The translations under genes were made by a program, and so were the position numbers. Below the pieces are notes generated by a model that worked only from the letters and a program-made list of their open reading frames with translations, was not told the origin of the DNA and ran no database searches. This document shows positions 22,131-35,005 of a stretch of 64,000 nucleotides of DNA, in pieces. Positions within the stretch are counted from its first letter, which is position 1, and every line of letters begins with the position of its first letter. This stretch comes from Amoebidium appalachense (lineage: Eukaryota > Protista > Ichthyosporea). The stretch spans positions 2,818,722 through 2,882,721 of the forward strand of contig CAVNZM010000013.1 of assembly GCA_963693365.1 (NCBI GenBank), in the 5' to 3' direction.

Positions 22131-24441
22131 GAAGGAATATCCCGATGCTCTCTTGTTACCAAACACCACTCCCGCTAGACTAGGTGAACCCCTGTCTCAA
22201 AAGGAAAGCTTGCGCCGGCTTGCTAGTATGAATCGATTTGGCCCCCCTGCTCGTATTATTGGTGATACCACTGGAGACCCCCTCATAGACTCTGATAAGT
22301 ATTTCTCGGAACTGTTTAAAGATAGGACCCCCGCTCAGAAACCTATTGTGTGGCCTGTAGACCCATCTATCCCCATAGAATCGATCCTCCCCTTTTTCAG
22401 TCCCGATGCCATATGGTCTGTGATATCTAGTTATAGCTCTAGTAAGTCTTGTGGACCTGATGGACTCCCTGCTGGGTTTCTTAAAATCCTTGTTCCCTCC
22501 TACCCACAAAAGGAAAGTGATCGTGCTATTAAACCTGATCTTACTATCATGTTAAGCTCTCTCTTTTCTTGGTGTGTTAAATGTGGACATGTCCCGTCAT
22601 CTTGGTTAGATACCTTAGTGATCCCCATAGTTAAGAAGGACTCTGAGGGCCCCATATCATCCTTTCGCCCCATTACACTAACCCAGGTTGTTCGTAGATT
22701 CTTTGAAGCTTGCTTACTTAGGTTATTTGCACATCACCCTAGGTTTCAATCTATTCTTCACATACACCCATGCCAATCCGCTTTTCGTAAAAACAATTCA
22801 TGTTATGTTCAAATAATGGCACTGCACGATTCTATGCAAGTTGGTGCACAATATGTTGGCTTTATTGATTGGAAAACTGCTTACGATTCTGTCTCCCCTG
22901 GTCTCCTATGGGAAAAGCTTGCTGCACGGGGTGTACCACACTGCATTGGTGTTCTGTTAGAAGCACTCTTGTCTCAAACCTATGGTAGAGCTGTGGTTAA
23001 TGGGCATCTTTCATATGGTTTTGCTCGTACTAGAGGTCTCTTGCAGGGTTCATTGCTTAGCCCCTTTTTGTTTAACCTATTTATAGATGATTTGGCTGTC
23101 AAGATTTACGCCGAAAACGATGACCCTATTAATAACTTTCCGCCTGCACTTCTCTATGCTGATGATCTGTCCCTCCTTGCCCGTACCCCTAGACGCCTGC
23201 AAAGATTGTTCGATGTAGTGTCAGAGTGGTGCAAGGCAAACCTTATGATCCTTAACATAGACAAATGTGGTGTTCTTGTACCTGATATAGCTAACAATTT
23301 ACACACATTTACATTATCATCTAAACCTGTACCTATAGTTCCAGAATACAAATATCTTGGTGTTCCGGTTGATTCTGTTGGTGTTATGTTTCCCCATATG
23401 GTCGAAAAGAGGGTAGAGTTGGCTCGTAAGCGGTTAGCTTTCTTCTCGGCTAATATTTTTAAAGACACACCCCTCCATCCTTCTATTAGACTTACATTTA
23501 TTCGCACTTTTGTCTTCCCGGCATGTGAATATGGTTTACCCCTTCTCGCCGCTTGGATCAAGAAAGAGAGAACTAGAGCGCTTAAACCCTTGGCAAATTT
23601 CCTTGAAGCAGAAGTTGCCTCCTTTCTATCTAACAACTGTTGTAAACCTGGGCCTGTAACGCTCTCGATATATGGTCTGGTCCCAATAGCTGCTAGAGTA
23701 TCCTATCTCGCGCTGAAATTCAATAAGCACATAAGCCGCTTAAAGAAGTATTTGCCCTCCCACCCTCTCTTCTCTATCCGACCTGTCCCCTCCCTCACCT
23801 CTCCCCCTCTTTCCCTCCCCTCTCTCTCCCCTTCTCCCCTGGGCACAAATACAAATAAACCCCGCAATAGTGTGTGTGTGACTTTGGACTGCCACTTACT
23901 TATTAAACATGTACACAATCACAAGATAATCACGCAATATAACAAATGGAAAAAGATACCACACGACACTAGACCCGATGAAAGCATACACCTTGAAAAA
24001 CTAAGCCTTATGTCTCGTTTTATATATACTGACCGCCTCAACCATATTGCCAAATATGGCACTCGCAAGTGTATAACACCTAAATACATATTACCTTCCT
24101 GTAGAACTGGTCTTTCTCTAGCTGATGGTATTATTGATCAATTACCACGCTTTTACTGTACACGTGCTATACAGTGGAGATCTAATAAGTATAAGGTGGC
24201 ATCATTTGCATGCCCAAACAACACACACACACACCAGTTTAACCGGTCATGTATCGCCAAATGTAGTTTGATAGACCACATAATACCGCAACACACACAC
24301 GTCACATTCACAACAGACACCCAGAAAGATAGCCTACCTGTAAATTACAACATCCTTGATTTTATACTAAACACGCGTAACTACGACCTGTTTATTAGAT
24401 GTATTGATTGGCTTGAGAAACACATCACTACAAAATTATAG
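22131..24441 (+). pseudogene. 5'-truncated but uninterrupted LINE ORF2 (RT)
   Basis: Within ORF 22015-24441; first ~38 codons of that ORF are flanking DNA. Confidence 0.9.
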
Positions 24442-24461
24442 CGCACGCGCACACACACACA

Positions 24462-24516
<55 letters not shown>

Positions 24517-24548
24517 CCAGCTGATACCGAGTGTCCCGAGGGGAGCCC

Positions 24549-24604
<56 letters not shown>

Positions 24605-24800
24605 GGGGAACCCCAACTAATTGATTTCTCCTTGTAGTCTTTATGGTGTCTCGCAGAGAAAGTAAACCCTGATATATAGTCACCACCCGACATCTATGTA
24701 CGTGATCATGATATACCGCTGAGGGGATATTCCGAGCAAACCCCCCCCCCCCATACCTGAGACTGGTTCTCTTTGCCTCGAGTAAACAGCGTAAACCCCC
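22131..24800 (+). mobile_element. 5'-truncated LINE copy
   Basis: Near-identical to 18845-21505, same internal poly(A) and 3' end. Confidence 0.96.
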
Positions 24801-24898
24801 CATATGTATTTGGGGTTAGTTTTGGAGGTGTTGAGGGGTTTCCGATGTCGTCGGGTAGTTTACGACAGCTTTTGGATGCCGCAACAAGATTGCTGATG

Positions 24899-25172
24899 CT
24901 GCTGCCGCCCGGGCCGACATAGCCGAATGGCACCAGTTCCTCACATCATGGAATGGGGTGCACCTCATCACACCCCCCACATACACCACCCTGGCCACCG
25001 ATGCTGCCGGATCAGTGGGTCTAGGGGGCCACTGGCTCGACCAATGGTTTTTCATGCCCTGGTCCCCCTCCACCCAAGCCCTCTATGCTCATGAGGGTAA
25101 ACTCGGTTCTTCCGTCATCGAACTCCTGGCCATCGCAGCCGCCGTGGCCCTCTGGGCCCCCTACTGGTCCAC
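24899..25172 (+). mobile_element. Ngaro RNase H fragment between two CATCAG termini
   Basis: AAARADIAEWHQF...ATDAAG...ELLAIAAAVALWAP matches pol at 31990-32270. Confidence 0.93.
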
Positions 25173-25608
25173 CATCAGCAAAGATCACCCCCCATCCGAA
25201 ACCTGTCCTGTACGACTTTAGGACGTCCTATCGTCGTTAATATATCTAAAAGATAGCTTAGGACGGGTTTAGGATAACCCGGAATTTCAGGATGGCAAGG
25301 CGTCTGAAACACATCCCATATATATTAAATACGTCTGGCATGGATTCAAGACAGTGGACATCTTAAAGACGTAGTAAAGTCGTCTGACAAGATGTCATAC
25401 AAACACCTGGAAGTGCACTTATACCCATCAGCACAAGTCCGGATGTCCTTAACCCCCCTTTAAATTGTCCGATGGGTTGCGGATGCATACGGGATATATT
25501 AAAGACGTCTTTCGAATTTTGTGGTCTTTTACGTCTTAAAGATATCCTGGACGGATTGAGGACATATTGTTATCATCCCGGAACATGGGGTAGTTAACAG
25601 ATGTCCTA

Positions 25609-26562
25609 AAGACGTCTGCACTCATTCTACAGGATGTCTATGAGAGATACCGATACATATTATATAGATGTGTGTAAGATGCATTATACACGCAAGTAAG
25701 TTGACACAAGGCGCTCGTGGGATGGGCGTAGAGATATGTTAAAGATGTACTGCAGAGATCTTAGTACAATCTTTATCCTCTCTTAATCCCGTATGGCCAT
25801 GCAACATTTGCGAAACGAACTGATTGCGTTAGGATGTCGTCAGGATATATCACAGCTAGGCAGTGGATCATCTAAGGAGATCTTTGGAGAGTTCTTTGTA
25901 GCGCTTTTGGCCATCCCAATTATATCTTCAAGACAGGCCATGTCTGTGCATGTGATATGCTAACGCAATCTTAGGCATGTATTGGTGATACCTTTCTGCG
26001 ATCTTCACGCCCTATTTGGGGTAGCTTAAAGATGTTCAGAGTTGCAATTAGCTATTGTGTGAGGATTACTTTAGGACCTCCTTAAGACGTCTGCACTCAT
26101 TCAACAGGATGTCTATGAGAGATACCGATACATATTATATAGATGTGTGTAAGATGCATTATACACGCAAGTAAGTTGACACAAGGCGCTCGTGGGATGG
26201 GCGTAGAGATATGTTAAAGATGTACTGCAGAAATCATAGTACAATCTTTATCCTCTCTTAATCCCGTATGGCCATGCAACATTTGCGAAACGAACTGATT
26301 GCGTTAGAATGTCGTCAGGATATATCACAGCTAGGCAGTGGATCATCTAAGGAGATCTTTGGCGAGTTCTTTTGTAGCGCTATTGGCCATCCAAATTATA
26401 TCTTCAAGACAGGCCATGTATGTGCATGTGATATGCTAACGCAATCTTAGGCAAGTATTGGTGATACCTTTCTGCGATCTTCACGCCCTATTTGGGGTAG
26501 CTTAAAGATGTCCAGAGTTGCAATTAGGTATTGTGTTAGGATTACTTTAGGACCTCTTTAAG
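25609..26562 (+). repeat. ~475-bp tandem duplication in subterminal region
   Basis: AAGACGTCTGCACTCATTC at 25609 and 26084; single copy in Z (56190-56655). Confidence 0.92.
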
Positions 26563-27254
26563 GCTTCAATGGGATCGATTTAGATGATCTTTAAGTGTTC
26601 CCTGGGATAGAAAAGCAAAGCACGTATCGCTATCCTCAGCCACGGCGTCTTCACCACCCGGTCAATGCCGATTACCCAGGACCACGATCCATGATGCGCG
26701 GGTTAGCTCAATATATACGGCCGGAAAAGGGATTTCGCATTTGATTGTGGGATAGATCACTCCAACGTTTTTGATTGGTTGTTTTTTAGGATCGAATTTC
26801 ACACTGCATTCACAATGAAGGCGTCACAAGGTACGCTTTTATTGAAACATGAAACATGAAGGCGTCGCGCAGGTGCGCGCGAGGCGTTGATAGCCAATGG
26901 AAACAAAGATTTACTGGAGGGGTGCAAAACAGAATCCGAAGCACTGTTATCATTACAATCATGATCCGTCTAATGTAAGTAAAACTGGGGCATTCAACTG
27001 CCAAATACAGAAGTTTTAGTTATAATAATATTTAAGGTACCTATAAATTAGGCGAGATACCTTGGCAAACGGTGCAATGCCTGCGCGGAGCAAGTGGCCG
27101 GTGCGTGGAATTTACCCTAAATAAACACATTAAAAAATAAAAAAAATAAAAAAATGCACAAAAAACGCAAAAAAACGCAAAGATATATATCGCATACCTT
27201 AGGAAGCTCCTAAGAATATCATCACGCTATACTAGAGCTATACTTACTATTCTG

Positions 27255-27655
27255 TCAGTACGTCCTGAATAAATACGCCAACCATACCTGAAACTGCAGT
27301 GCGGATCGCCGACCATAAAACTCCTTACACCCCACCACCCTAAGATACACTCCCTCCTCACCTTCTTGCAGTCGAATATAGCAGCTGTTGTATGGGAATA
27401 TTTTTCTTTTCACTGGAAGAGGCAGATCCCCCCGTGGAGTCCCCCGTGCTTCAGCAGGCGTTAAGCCCGCTAGGAACAACTGCAGCTGTAGCGGCAGGAA
27501 CTTTAGGCAATTGCCACGTCCTTCAAGCCTGGGGCTGGGGTCGAAGTTCCCTTCTGATGCAAAATAGGCATCCAGCTTTGCAAGGTGCAGGCCTTTCTTA
27601 TCCTGCAAGCCTGTGTTTGGGACAAAAGGATTCGAGTGGATCAGAGTAATCTTCC
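27255..27655 (-). other. Exon-like open frame of unknown function in arm Y (homologue 44330-44729 +)
   Basis: LQDKKGLHLAKLDAYFASEGNFD...SALQFQ open in both copies; CAG|GTATGG donor-like site. Confidence 0.4.
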
Positions 27656-28429
27656 GCAGCGCAGCGGCGGGCCCGCCGGGGAGAGGGGGGGAGGGGGGGG
27701 GGGGGGGGGGACGTTGCCATTGCCTTGGAAATAACCATCCAATGTGTAACCCCCCCCCCCCCCCACAAAAAAAAGCACACTATACAATGACCCCCCCCCC
27801 CCCCCATGGACCCCACCTATGGGGCCAGCAAATTTCAGTGGGGGTGTGTGAGCCATCACGTTTGATGCCTCCCCCCCCCCCCCCCCTTCCCCCCCCCTCC
27901 CCCCCCCCCCCCCCTCTCCCCCCCGTCCATTCGGAGGGTTTTGGCAGATATTGAGATTTTAGATTTTTCGTCTTGAAATTCCCCGATCACGTTCCCCTCT
28001 CCGTCGGGAAAAACTCCTACGGACTCCCCCGTGTGTACTTTGCATTAACATACCTTCCCATTGGGAAAACAAAAAAAAAACTGCATCGAAATTCGTCCAT
28101 TCTGAGGGTTTTTGCACGTTTTTTCCCTCCACAACACATGCACACTATAGAATGACCCCCCCCCCCCCTCTTGGACCCCCCCTGATGGGCCGGCAAATGC
28201 CCGTGGGGATGTGTGGGTGAACGTGGGCACTCCCCCCCCACCCCCATCTACGTTTGGTGGTGAGAAAGTCAGCTACTTGCTAAAGGAAAGGGTGTTTGGG
28301 TTTTTTGAATACGAAGGCTGGTATGTTGCATGCGGGACTGGAGAAAACACTGAAATTCCCCGATCACGTCCCCCCCCCTCCGTCGGGAAAAAAATTCTAC
28401 GGACTCCCCCGTGTGTACTTTGCATTAAC

Positions 28430-28507
28430 ATGCCCACATGCACACACACGGTGCACCCCCCCCCCTCCCCTTCCCTCTCAACTGAGCACATACACACACA
28501 CATACAT

Positions 28508-28549
<42 letters not shown>

Positions 28550-28715
28550 ACACACACACATGCACACATGCACACATGCACGGACACGAATCCCCCCTTC
28601 CCCTTCCCTCTCCACCGAGCACATGCACACATGCACAGACATGCACACACACACACACACAACACACACGATGCACACAGACATGCACACAAACACACAA
28701 CACACACACACACAT

Positions 28716-28754
<39 letters not shown>

Positions 28755-29445
28755 CACACACACGGTGCATTTCCCCCCTCCCCTTCCCTCTCCACAGAGC
28801 ACACACACACACGTGCACACATGCACACACACGGTGCATCCCCCCTCCCCCCCCCTTCCCTTTCAACTGAGCACATACACACACACAGACATGCACACAC
28901 ACACAACATACACAGACATCCACACATCAGACACAGAACAGCTTCTAGCACAAGACATTTACCACAAAGTTTATGGCGGGGATGGTGAATATGCCCCTGG
29001 AGTACGAGGGTCACACGAAAAAAACACAACGTTGTAGCTCGTATAGAACCCCCCTTGTAGCATAGTATATGTACATATGTTACCTAGACATTATTGGTTT
29101 TTCAATAACTACCCACAGAACAGCCTCTAGCACGAGAGATTTACCACAAACTTTATGGGGGGGATGGTGAATGTGCCCCTGGAGTACGAGGGTCACACGA
29201 AAAAAATACAACGTTGTAGCTCGTATAGAACCCCCCTTGCAATTGTAGCATAGTATATGTACAGGTGTTACCTAGACATTATTGGTTTTTTCAATAACTA
29301 CCCACAGAACAGCTTCTAGCACGAGACCTTTACCACAAAGTTTATGGGGGGGATGGTGAATGTGCCCCTGGAGTACGAGGGTCACACGAAAAAAACACAA
29401 CGTTGTAGCTCGTATAGAACCCCCCTTGTAGCATAGTATATGTAC
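28430..29445 (+). repeat. CA-rich compound repeat followed by ~2.8 units of the 185-bp satellite
   Basis: Directly visible; satellite from ~28933. Confidence 0.92.
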
Positions 29446-30617
29446 GGGGACATCCCCTTGGACGAAAGTGAACCTGCAATGGTTGTAAACCACGGCAAGC
29501 CCCCAGTCATCAATTTATTGATCCGTGAGGTCCATGTGCCCAAAAAACGGGGGAAGGCTTCGCCCCGTGAAAAAACAGCACGTATGTGTGGATCAATGGG
29601 GGTTGTGTGTGGGTGTAGGTGGGTGGGTGAAAAGGAATATATAGCTGTAAGGCTGTGGATGCTAAACACAGAAGATGTGTTTGTAGCTTGCTGATCTGCT
29701 AAAAACTGTCGTGCTTATATACCTAAGCCTACCGATCTGAACCAATCAAAAATCGATCTAGTGATATGTGAAATCTGATCCGAGCCAATCATAACTCGGT
29801 CTAGTGATCTGTGGTATCTGATGTTTTGACTGGCTAATAGGTGCCCGTGTGCGGGCAGCCAACCGCTAACTGCTAAAACACGAAATGAAGCCTACATGGT
29901 TATGTTGGTATCGAACACCCATCCTACGTGTCTATGAAAAACTACTCCGGGACGTGTGTTGCCTCTAGGGGGACATCCCCTTGGACGAAAGTGAACCTGC
30001 AATGGTTGTAAACCACGGCAAGCCCCCAGTCATCAATTTATTGATCCGTGAGGTCCATGTGCCCAAAAAACGGGGGAAGGCTTCGCCCCGTGAAAAAACA
30101 GCACGTATGTGTGGATCAATGGGGGTTGTGTGTGGGTGTAGGTGGGTGGGTGAAAAGGAATATATAGCTGTAAGGCTGTGGATGCTAAACACAGAAGATG
30201 TGTTTGTAGCTTGCTGATCTGCTAAAAACTGTCGTGCTTATATACCTAAGCCTACCGATCTGAACCAATCAAAAATCGATCTAGTGATATGTGAAATCTG
30301 ATCCGAGCCAATCATAACTCGGTCTAGTGATCTGTGGTATCTGATGTTTTGACTGGCTAATAGGTGCCCGTGTGCGGGCAGCCAACCGCTAACTGCTAAA
30401 ACACGAAATGAAGCCTACATGGTTATGTTGGTATTGAACACCCATCCTACGTGTTTACCCAGAAAAATATTTATGTCAATAATTTCCACAAATAAAACCT
30501 CTATGAAAAACTACTCCGGGACGTGTGTTGCCTCTAGGGGGACATCCCCTTGGACGAAAGTGAACCTGCAATGGTTGTAAACCACGGCACGAGAGCAGTA
30601 TGCTTGCTCCAAAGGTT

Positions 30618-31820
30618 TCACTTAAGAATAGAGGCGAATACACGTGTGGTGGTGGCAGCAATGGAGGCCGGACGAAGTCGGGTATAGATCAGGAAGCAGT
30701 CGGAGGACCACCTGCCGAGTTGTTTGATCCGGGAGTCGTCGACCCCGGCCTCAGCCAGTGCTGTGGCCCCCCCGATGCGGAGGCTGTGTCCGGCAAACCG
30801 GGAGGGTGAGAGGCCTGCCCGGGAGAGGAGGGCACGGAAATCGGCAGAGAAAGCACTCTTGGTGTAGGGGATGCCACCGAGACTGAAGAGGGGGTCGTCG
30901 GGTTGACCGGACGTTGTATCCAGGAACTGCCGGAGGAGATGGGCTGGGGAGAAGTGGGTGAGGGGCAGGGCAGCTAGGGTGACGTTGACACCTCGGGCCT
31001 GTACATCCGTCTTAGAGGTTGGCAGGTGGAGGGTGGCATGGGACAAAGTACCGGTGGGGGTGTAGCTGAAGGTCACATCCTTCCGTTTAACGTGACGGGA
31101 CGGGTCGAAAGAAGTCAGGGTCTTGGAGGTAAATTCCCCTGAACGGAGGAGACCACAGAAACCGACGATGAGGGCCGTCCATAGCCGGAGATTGGCCGAG
31201 GAGGCCTTGGTGGGGCACTGGCCATGGAGTAGGCGGAGGTGGGAGGGGAGGAGGGGTTCCCTGGTGGATGAGCGGGGTCGGATGTTGTGAGAAAGCTGCC
31301 ATCGGCCCACCCCCCGTAGGAACCAGGCCAGAGACTTGTCGTGGGGGTAGGGAGCAGGGAGGCCCATGTCGAGGTGGAGCCTGGTGATGGCCGAATTGTA
31401 GCCGGTTAAGGAAGAGGCCTGTACCCCTCGTTGGGCACACCAGGCGAGAAAAAGTTGCACGGTGTGTGGGGAGGCCGGGAGGGAGGACCCGGAGGAGGAT
31501 TGCAGCCGAGATGCCACACAGAAATCGATGAACACTTTTTGCACCCGGGAGTAAAAGGCCCGAGAGTCGAGGTTGAGACTCAGGGCCTGGCATTCCTGCA
31601 GGGTAGTGGTGGCTCGAAGCAGCTCGGCCGGAGCAAAGTGGGGGGCCAATCTGCCAGTGTTGCTCCGGAACGGGAGATCTGGGGGGGGGGGGGGGGGGGG
31701 GGGGTTAGCCCAAGGGAAGGGATAGGAACTCGTGGACCCAGGAGGGGAAGGGGCAGGGCTCCGGTTGCAGGGAAGGTCGGAGTCGTCGGGCCCGGGGAAG
31801 TTGGTTACGAGAAATGGCAT
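30618..31820 (-). CDS. Tyrosine recombinase
   Basis: 400-aa ORF, R...K...HxxR...W...Y motifs; overlaps end of pol. Confidence 0.95.
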   Translation of the reverse strand: MPFLVTNFPGPDDSDLPCNRSPAPSPPGSTSSYPFPWANPPPPPPPPDLPFRSNTGRLAPHFAPAELLRATTTLQECQALSLNLDSRAFYSRVQKVFIDFCVASRLQSSSGSSLPASPHTVQLFLAWCAQRGVQASSLTGYNSAITRLHLDMGLPAPYPHDKSLAWFLRGVGRWQLSHNIRPRSSTREPLLPSHLRLLHGQCPTKASSANLRLWTALIVGFCGLLRSGEFTSKTLTSFDPSRHVKRKDVTFSYTPTGTLSHATLHLPTSKTDVQARGVNVTLAALPLTHFSPAHLLRQFLDTTSGQPDDPLFSLGGIPYTKSAFSADFRALLSRAGLSPSRFAGHSLRIGGATALAEAGVDDSRIKQLGRWSSDCFLIYTRLRPASIAATTTRVFASILK

Positions 31821-33388
31821 CGGCCAGATGGTTGAGGGGTCCTGGTAGGTAGGATGCCTGTAACGTAAATTGGTATTGCATTTCCATGCGGGTGATGAAC
31901 CGAATAAGTTTGGCCATCACGGGGTGGGGGGAAGACCGGGAGTGCAGGTCAGACACAGCACCCGTGTTGTCGCATAAAATACGGACATGGTGGGTGGACC
32001 AGGAGGGGGCCCAGAGGGCCACGGCGGCTGCGATGGCCAGGAGTTCGATGACGGAAGAACCGAGTTTACCCTCATGAGCATAGAGGGCTTGGGTGGAGGG
32101 GGACCAGGGCATGAAGAACCATTGGTCGAGCCAGTGGCCACCTAGACCCACCGATCCGGCAGCATCAGTGGCCAGGGTGGTGTATGTGGGGGGTGTGATG
32201 AGGTGCACCCCATTCCATGATGTGAGGAACTGGTGCCATTCGGCTATGTCGGCCCGGGCGGCAGCAGTCAGTCGTATGTGGTGGTGGCCGGCAAGGTGTG
32301 GGTGGGTCCGGAGAAGGGCCCATAGGCGCTGGGAGAAGGCCCTCCCGGGGGGAACCAGCTGGGCACACCAGGTGAGTTTGCCGAGGAGGGACTGGAGGTC
32401 CCGAATGGTGATGGTGGGCTTTGGGTGGGAAGTGAGGTCGAGTAGGTCCGAGAGCTTGGAAGCCGGGATTCGTGCCTCCATGGCGATGGAGTCGAATTCG
32501 ATACCGATGAAGACGACACGGGTAGCCGGGCCCTGCATCTTGTCTTCGGAGATGGCAATGTGCAGCTCTCGGCAGAGTTGCAGAAAGGTGGATAGGTGAC
32601 GTTGGCACTGCTGTTGTGTGGGGGCGACTATAATCCAGTCGTCTACGTAGTGGCGGATGAGGGTAATACCGTGCTGGTGTGCCAGCCACTGTAGGGTGGC
32701 CGCGATCCGTTCCCAGATGGCTGGGCTAGATTTCAGGCCGAAGGGCAGTCTGGTTTCAACGTAAAAATGCCCTTGCCATTTGAATGCCATTAAGTGGTGG
32801 TCTTCCGGTCGGATGGGCATGTGCCGGAAGGCAGCCTGCACATCTGCCACGGCCATGTAGCAGCCGGGGCCTGCGTCGAGAATGAGTTGGGTGACATCCC
32901 GGGCGCGAATGTACTGAAGTTCGTCGGGGTAGGTGATGCTGTCATTGACACTGCTACCCCGGGGCCAGGAGAGGTGGTGGATTCGACGGTACTTGGGGGG
33001 GTTCCCTTTCTTGGTAACGGCGCCGATGGGGGAGGAACGGTGGACGGGAAATTCGTCAAAGAATTGGGCCGGGGAGAGGGGGCCGCGCAGGTGGCCGAGG
33101 GCGACTTCTTTGGCAATATCCACCGTGATAGCGGCAGCTGCCTCCGGGGTGGTGGGTAGGTTGGGGCCCACCCGAGAGGTGGAGGGGCCGCGATAGCCGA
33201 TGTCGACGCCGAATTCGACATCGTGGAGGAGTTGTGCGGCGAATGGTTGGTCCGGGTAGGAGGCCAGCAGTTCCCGGAGGCGGGAGGTGTCAATGTGGTG
33301 CTGGGGCAGCGGGCGGGCCTCCGGGTCTGAGCCTCGGGGGAAGGGGGTGGTTAGCAAGGGTGGTGTACCCTTGGGGAGATCCCGGCAG

Positions 33389-33440
<52 letters not shown>

Positions 33441-33555
33441 CAGGGCCCCGGGGGGTTAGAGTAGGGCAGCTTGGCCCAAGTGAGGGTTGGCAGGGAGGGC
33501 AGCGGGGCCCTGTGCAGGGGAATGTGCCCGAGCACGCGGGGGTGTGGGCGGACAC
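31705..33555 (-). CDS. pol: Ngaro reverse transcriptase-RNase H
   Basis: RRIHHLSWP, ADVQAAFR, LPFGL, YVDD; ATDAAG, ELLA, CDN, ADAISR. True start uncertain (non-ATG). Confidence 0.95.
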
Positions 33556-33835
33556 AGCGGTAGAAGAAAGGGGGGGGGGAGGGAGTGCTAGGTGAGTGTA
33601 AGGGGGGGGGAGGCTCGTGGGATGGGGGGGGGGGGAGTAAAATTATGTGCAGTGGCCAGAATAAACGTCTTTGTATAGGGACATTTATTCTTGACGCGCG
33701 CGGGCGCCGTAGTTGGCCTGCGAAATTTTGTACTCAGCCCTATTGGCCCGTTCTCCCGAGCTCCGTTTCCCTGTACTCGTGTGTCCTAGCTCCGAACCCC
33801 TATGTTCTAGCTGTGTGCGTGGGTGTGCGCGTAGA

Positions 33836-35005
33836 CTAGGCATTGTGCTTGCAGTCTTTGCGGGGGTGTGTGCCAGAGCAGAGCGGGCACACGTGGGAGA
33901 AGGGGCAGGGCTGCTTAGCGCAGGACCGACCGTTAATGTGGAAATTCCTGCAGTGCGTCGCGGGTAGATCCACGGGTCGGGCCGGTTTGGCCGGGCCGGG
34001 TTGCGGGCCAGGGCGGTTAGGGGTGTGACCCCCGCCGGGCTTGTGGGGCGGCTTAAAGCCGTCAAGACCACAGCCGGGCTTGGGGTACATGGGGCAGGCC
34101 GCGCTGGGGTGGTCGGGGAAGCCACAGCGCTGACATGCGTCCTGGATGAGCAGGGTGGGTGGCAGGAGGAGATCCTGGTGGAGTTGGGCGAGCAGGTTGG
34201 GGCACTCGATCGGAGCCCGACCCTGCTGGTGGGCCACGGTGCGGGCGTATACGTCATAGTTGTGGATCTGGGCCCACGGGTATCGGGTGCTGAGGCGAGT
34301 GATGTGCTGAGTCCAAAGTACGTCTTTGTCCGTGGGAAGGCCGAGGTGGTGCTTGGCGGCCATGTAATGGGTCCAAGCTTGGATCCAAATGACGAGTGAA
34401 CGCAGGGGAACGGGTTTGTCTTGGCGAAAAGTCTCGATGCTGCCGTCGTCGGCCATGCGCAGATGCTGACCTTTCTTGGATGGGGCCAGGAGGGCGGCGG
34501 GGGTGAACTTATACAGGTCGACGAAACGATTGGCGCGCAAATCTGCCAGCACATCCGCGGGGGGAAGCGGGAGTGTGCCCGGCTGAATGTCGCCAGTGTT
34601 CTCACCTGTGATGGGGGGCGCGGGCAGGGCAGGCAGGTCCAGGTCAGGGCCGAGATGCAGCCCCGGGGAAACCTCCCCGGGTGTGGAGGGCGCGGCGGGG
34701 GGCGCGGGAGGGTCGCGGTTGGTGAGAGCAGCCAGGACGCCAGCCATCTGGGTGCTGATGGCGGTGAGGGCGGCCAGGACGGCGTCTTGAGAAGTCATCT
34801 GCGGGGACGGCGGGGCCTGAGGGGGGACTTCAGGGGTGGAGGGGAGAGTAGCCGGCGGGTCCGGGTCCGTGGTGGTATGGGCCGCTGGAGGCGCGTCAGT
34901 GTCCGCGGGAGCGTTGGTCAGCCTCTGGCGGAGGTCGCTGCGGGTCAGGCGCTTAGGTGCCGCGGCAGGGGCGGCGGCTGAGGCCTGGCGCTTTTTCGGC
35001 GGCAT
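33836..35005 (-). CDS. gag: Ngaro gag-like ORF1
   Basis: 389 aa, near-identical to 12663-13823. Confidence 0.92.
   Translation of the reverse strand: MPPKKRQASAAAPAAAPKRLTRSDLRQRLTNAPADTDAPPAAHTTTDPDPPATLPSTPEVPPQAPPSPQMTSQDAVLAALTAISTQMAGVLAALTNRDPPAPPAAPSTPGEVSPGLHLGPDLDLPALPAPPITGENTGDIQPGTLPLPPADVLADLRANRFVDLYKFTPAALLAPSKKGQHLRMADDGSIETFRQDKPVPLRSLVIWIQAWTHYMAAKHHLGLPTDKDVLWTQHITRLSTRYPWAQIHNYDVYARTVAHQQGRAPIECPNLLAQLHQDLLLPPTLLIQDACQRCGFPDHPSAACPMYPKPGCGLDGFKPPHKPGGGHTPNRPGPQPGPAKPARPVDLPATHCRNFHINGRSCAKQPCPFSHVCPLCSGTHPRKDCKHNA

Larger units (their letters stand above)
25173..29445 (+). mobile_element. Copy Y: 4.3-kb left arm of the CATCAGCAA element
   Basis: Colinear reverse complement of 42513-44926 + 55209-57091; GACGTC/GATGTC-rich subterminal region. 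Confidence 0.85.
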
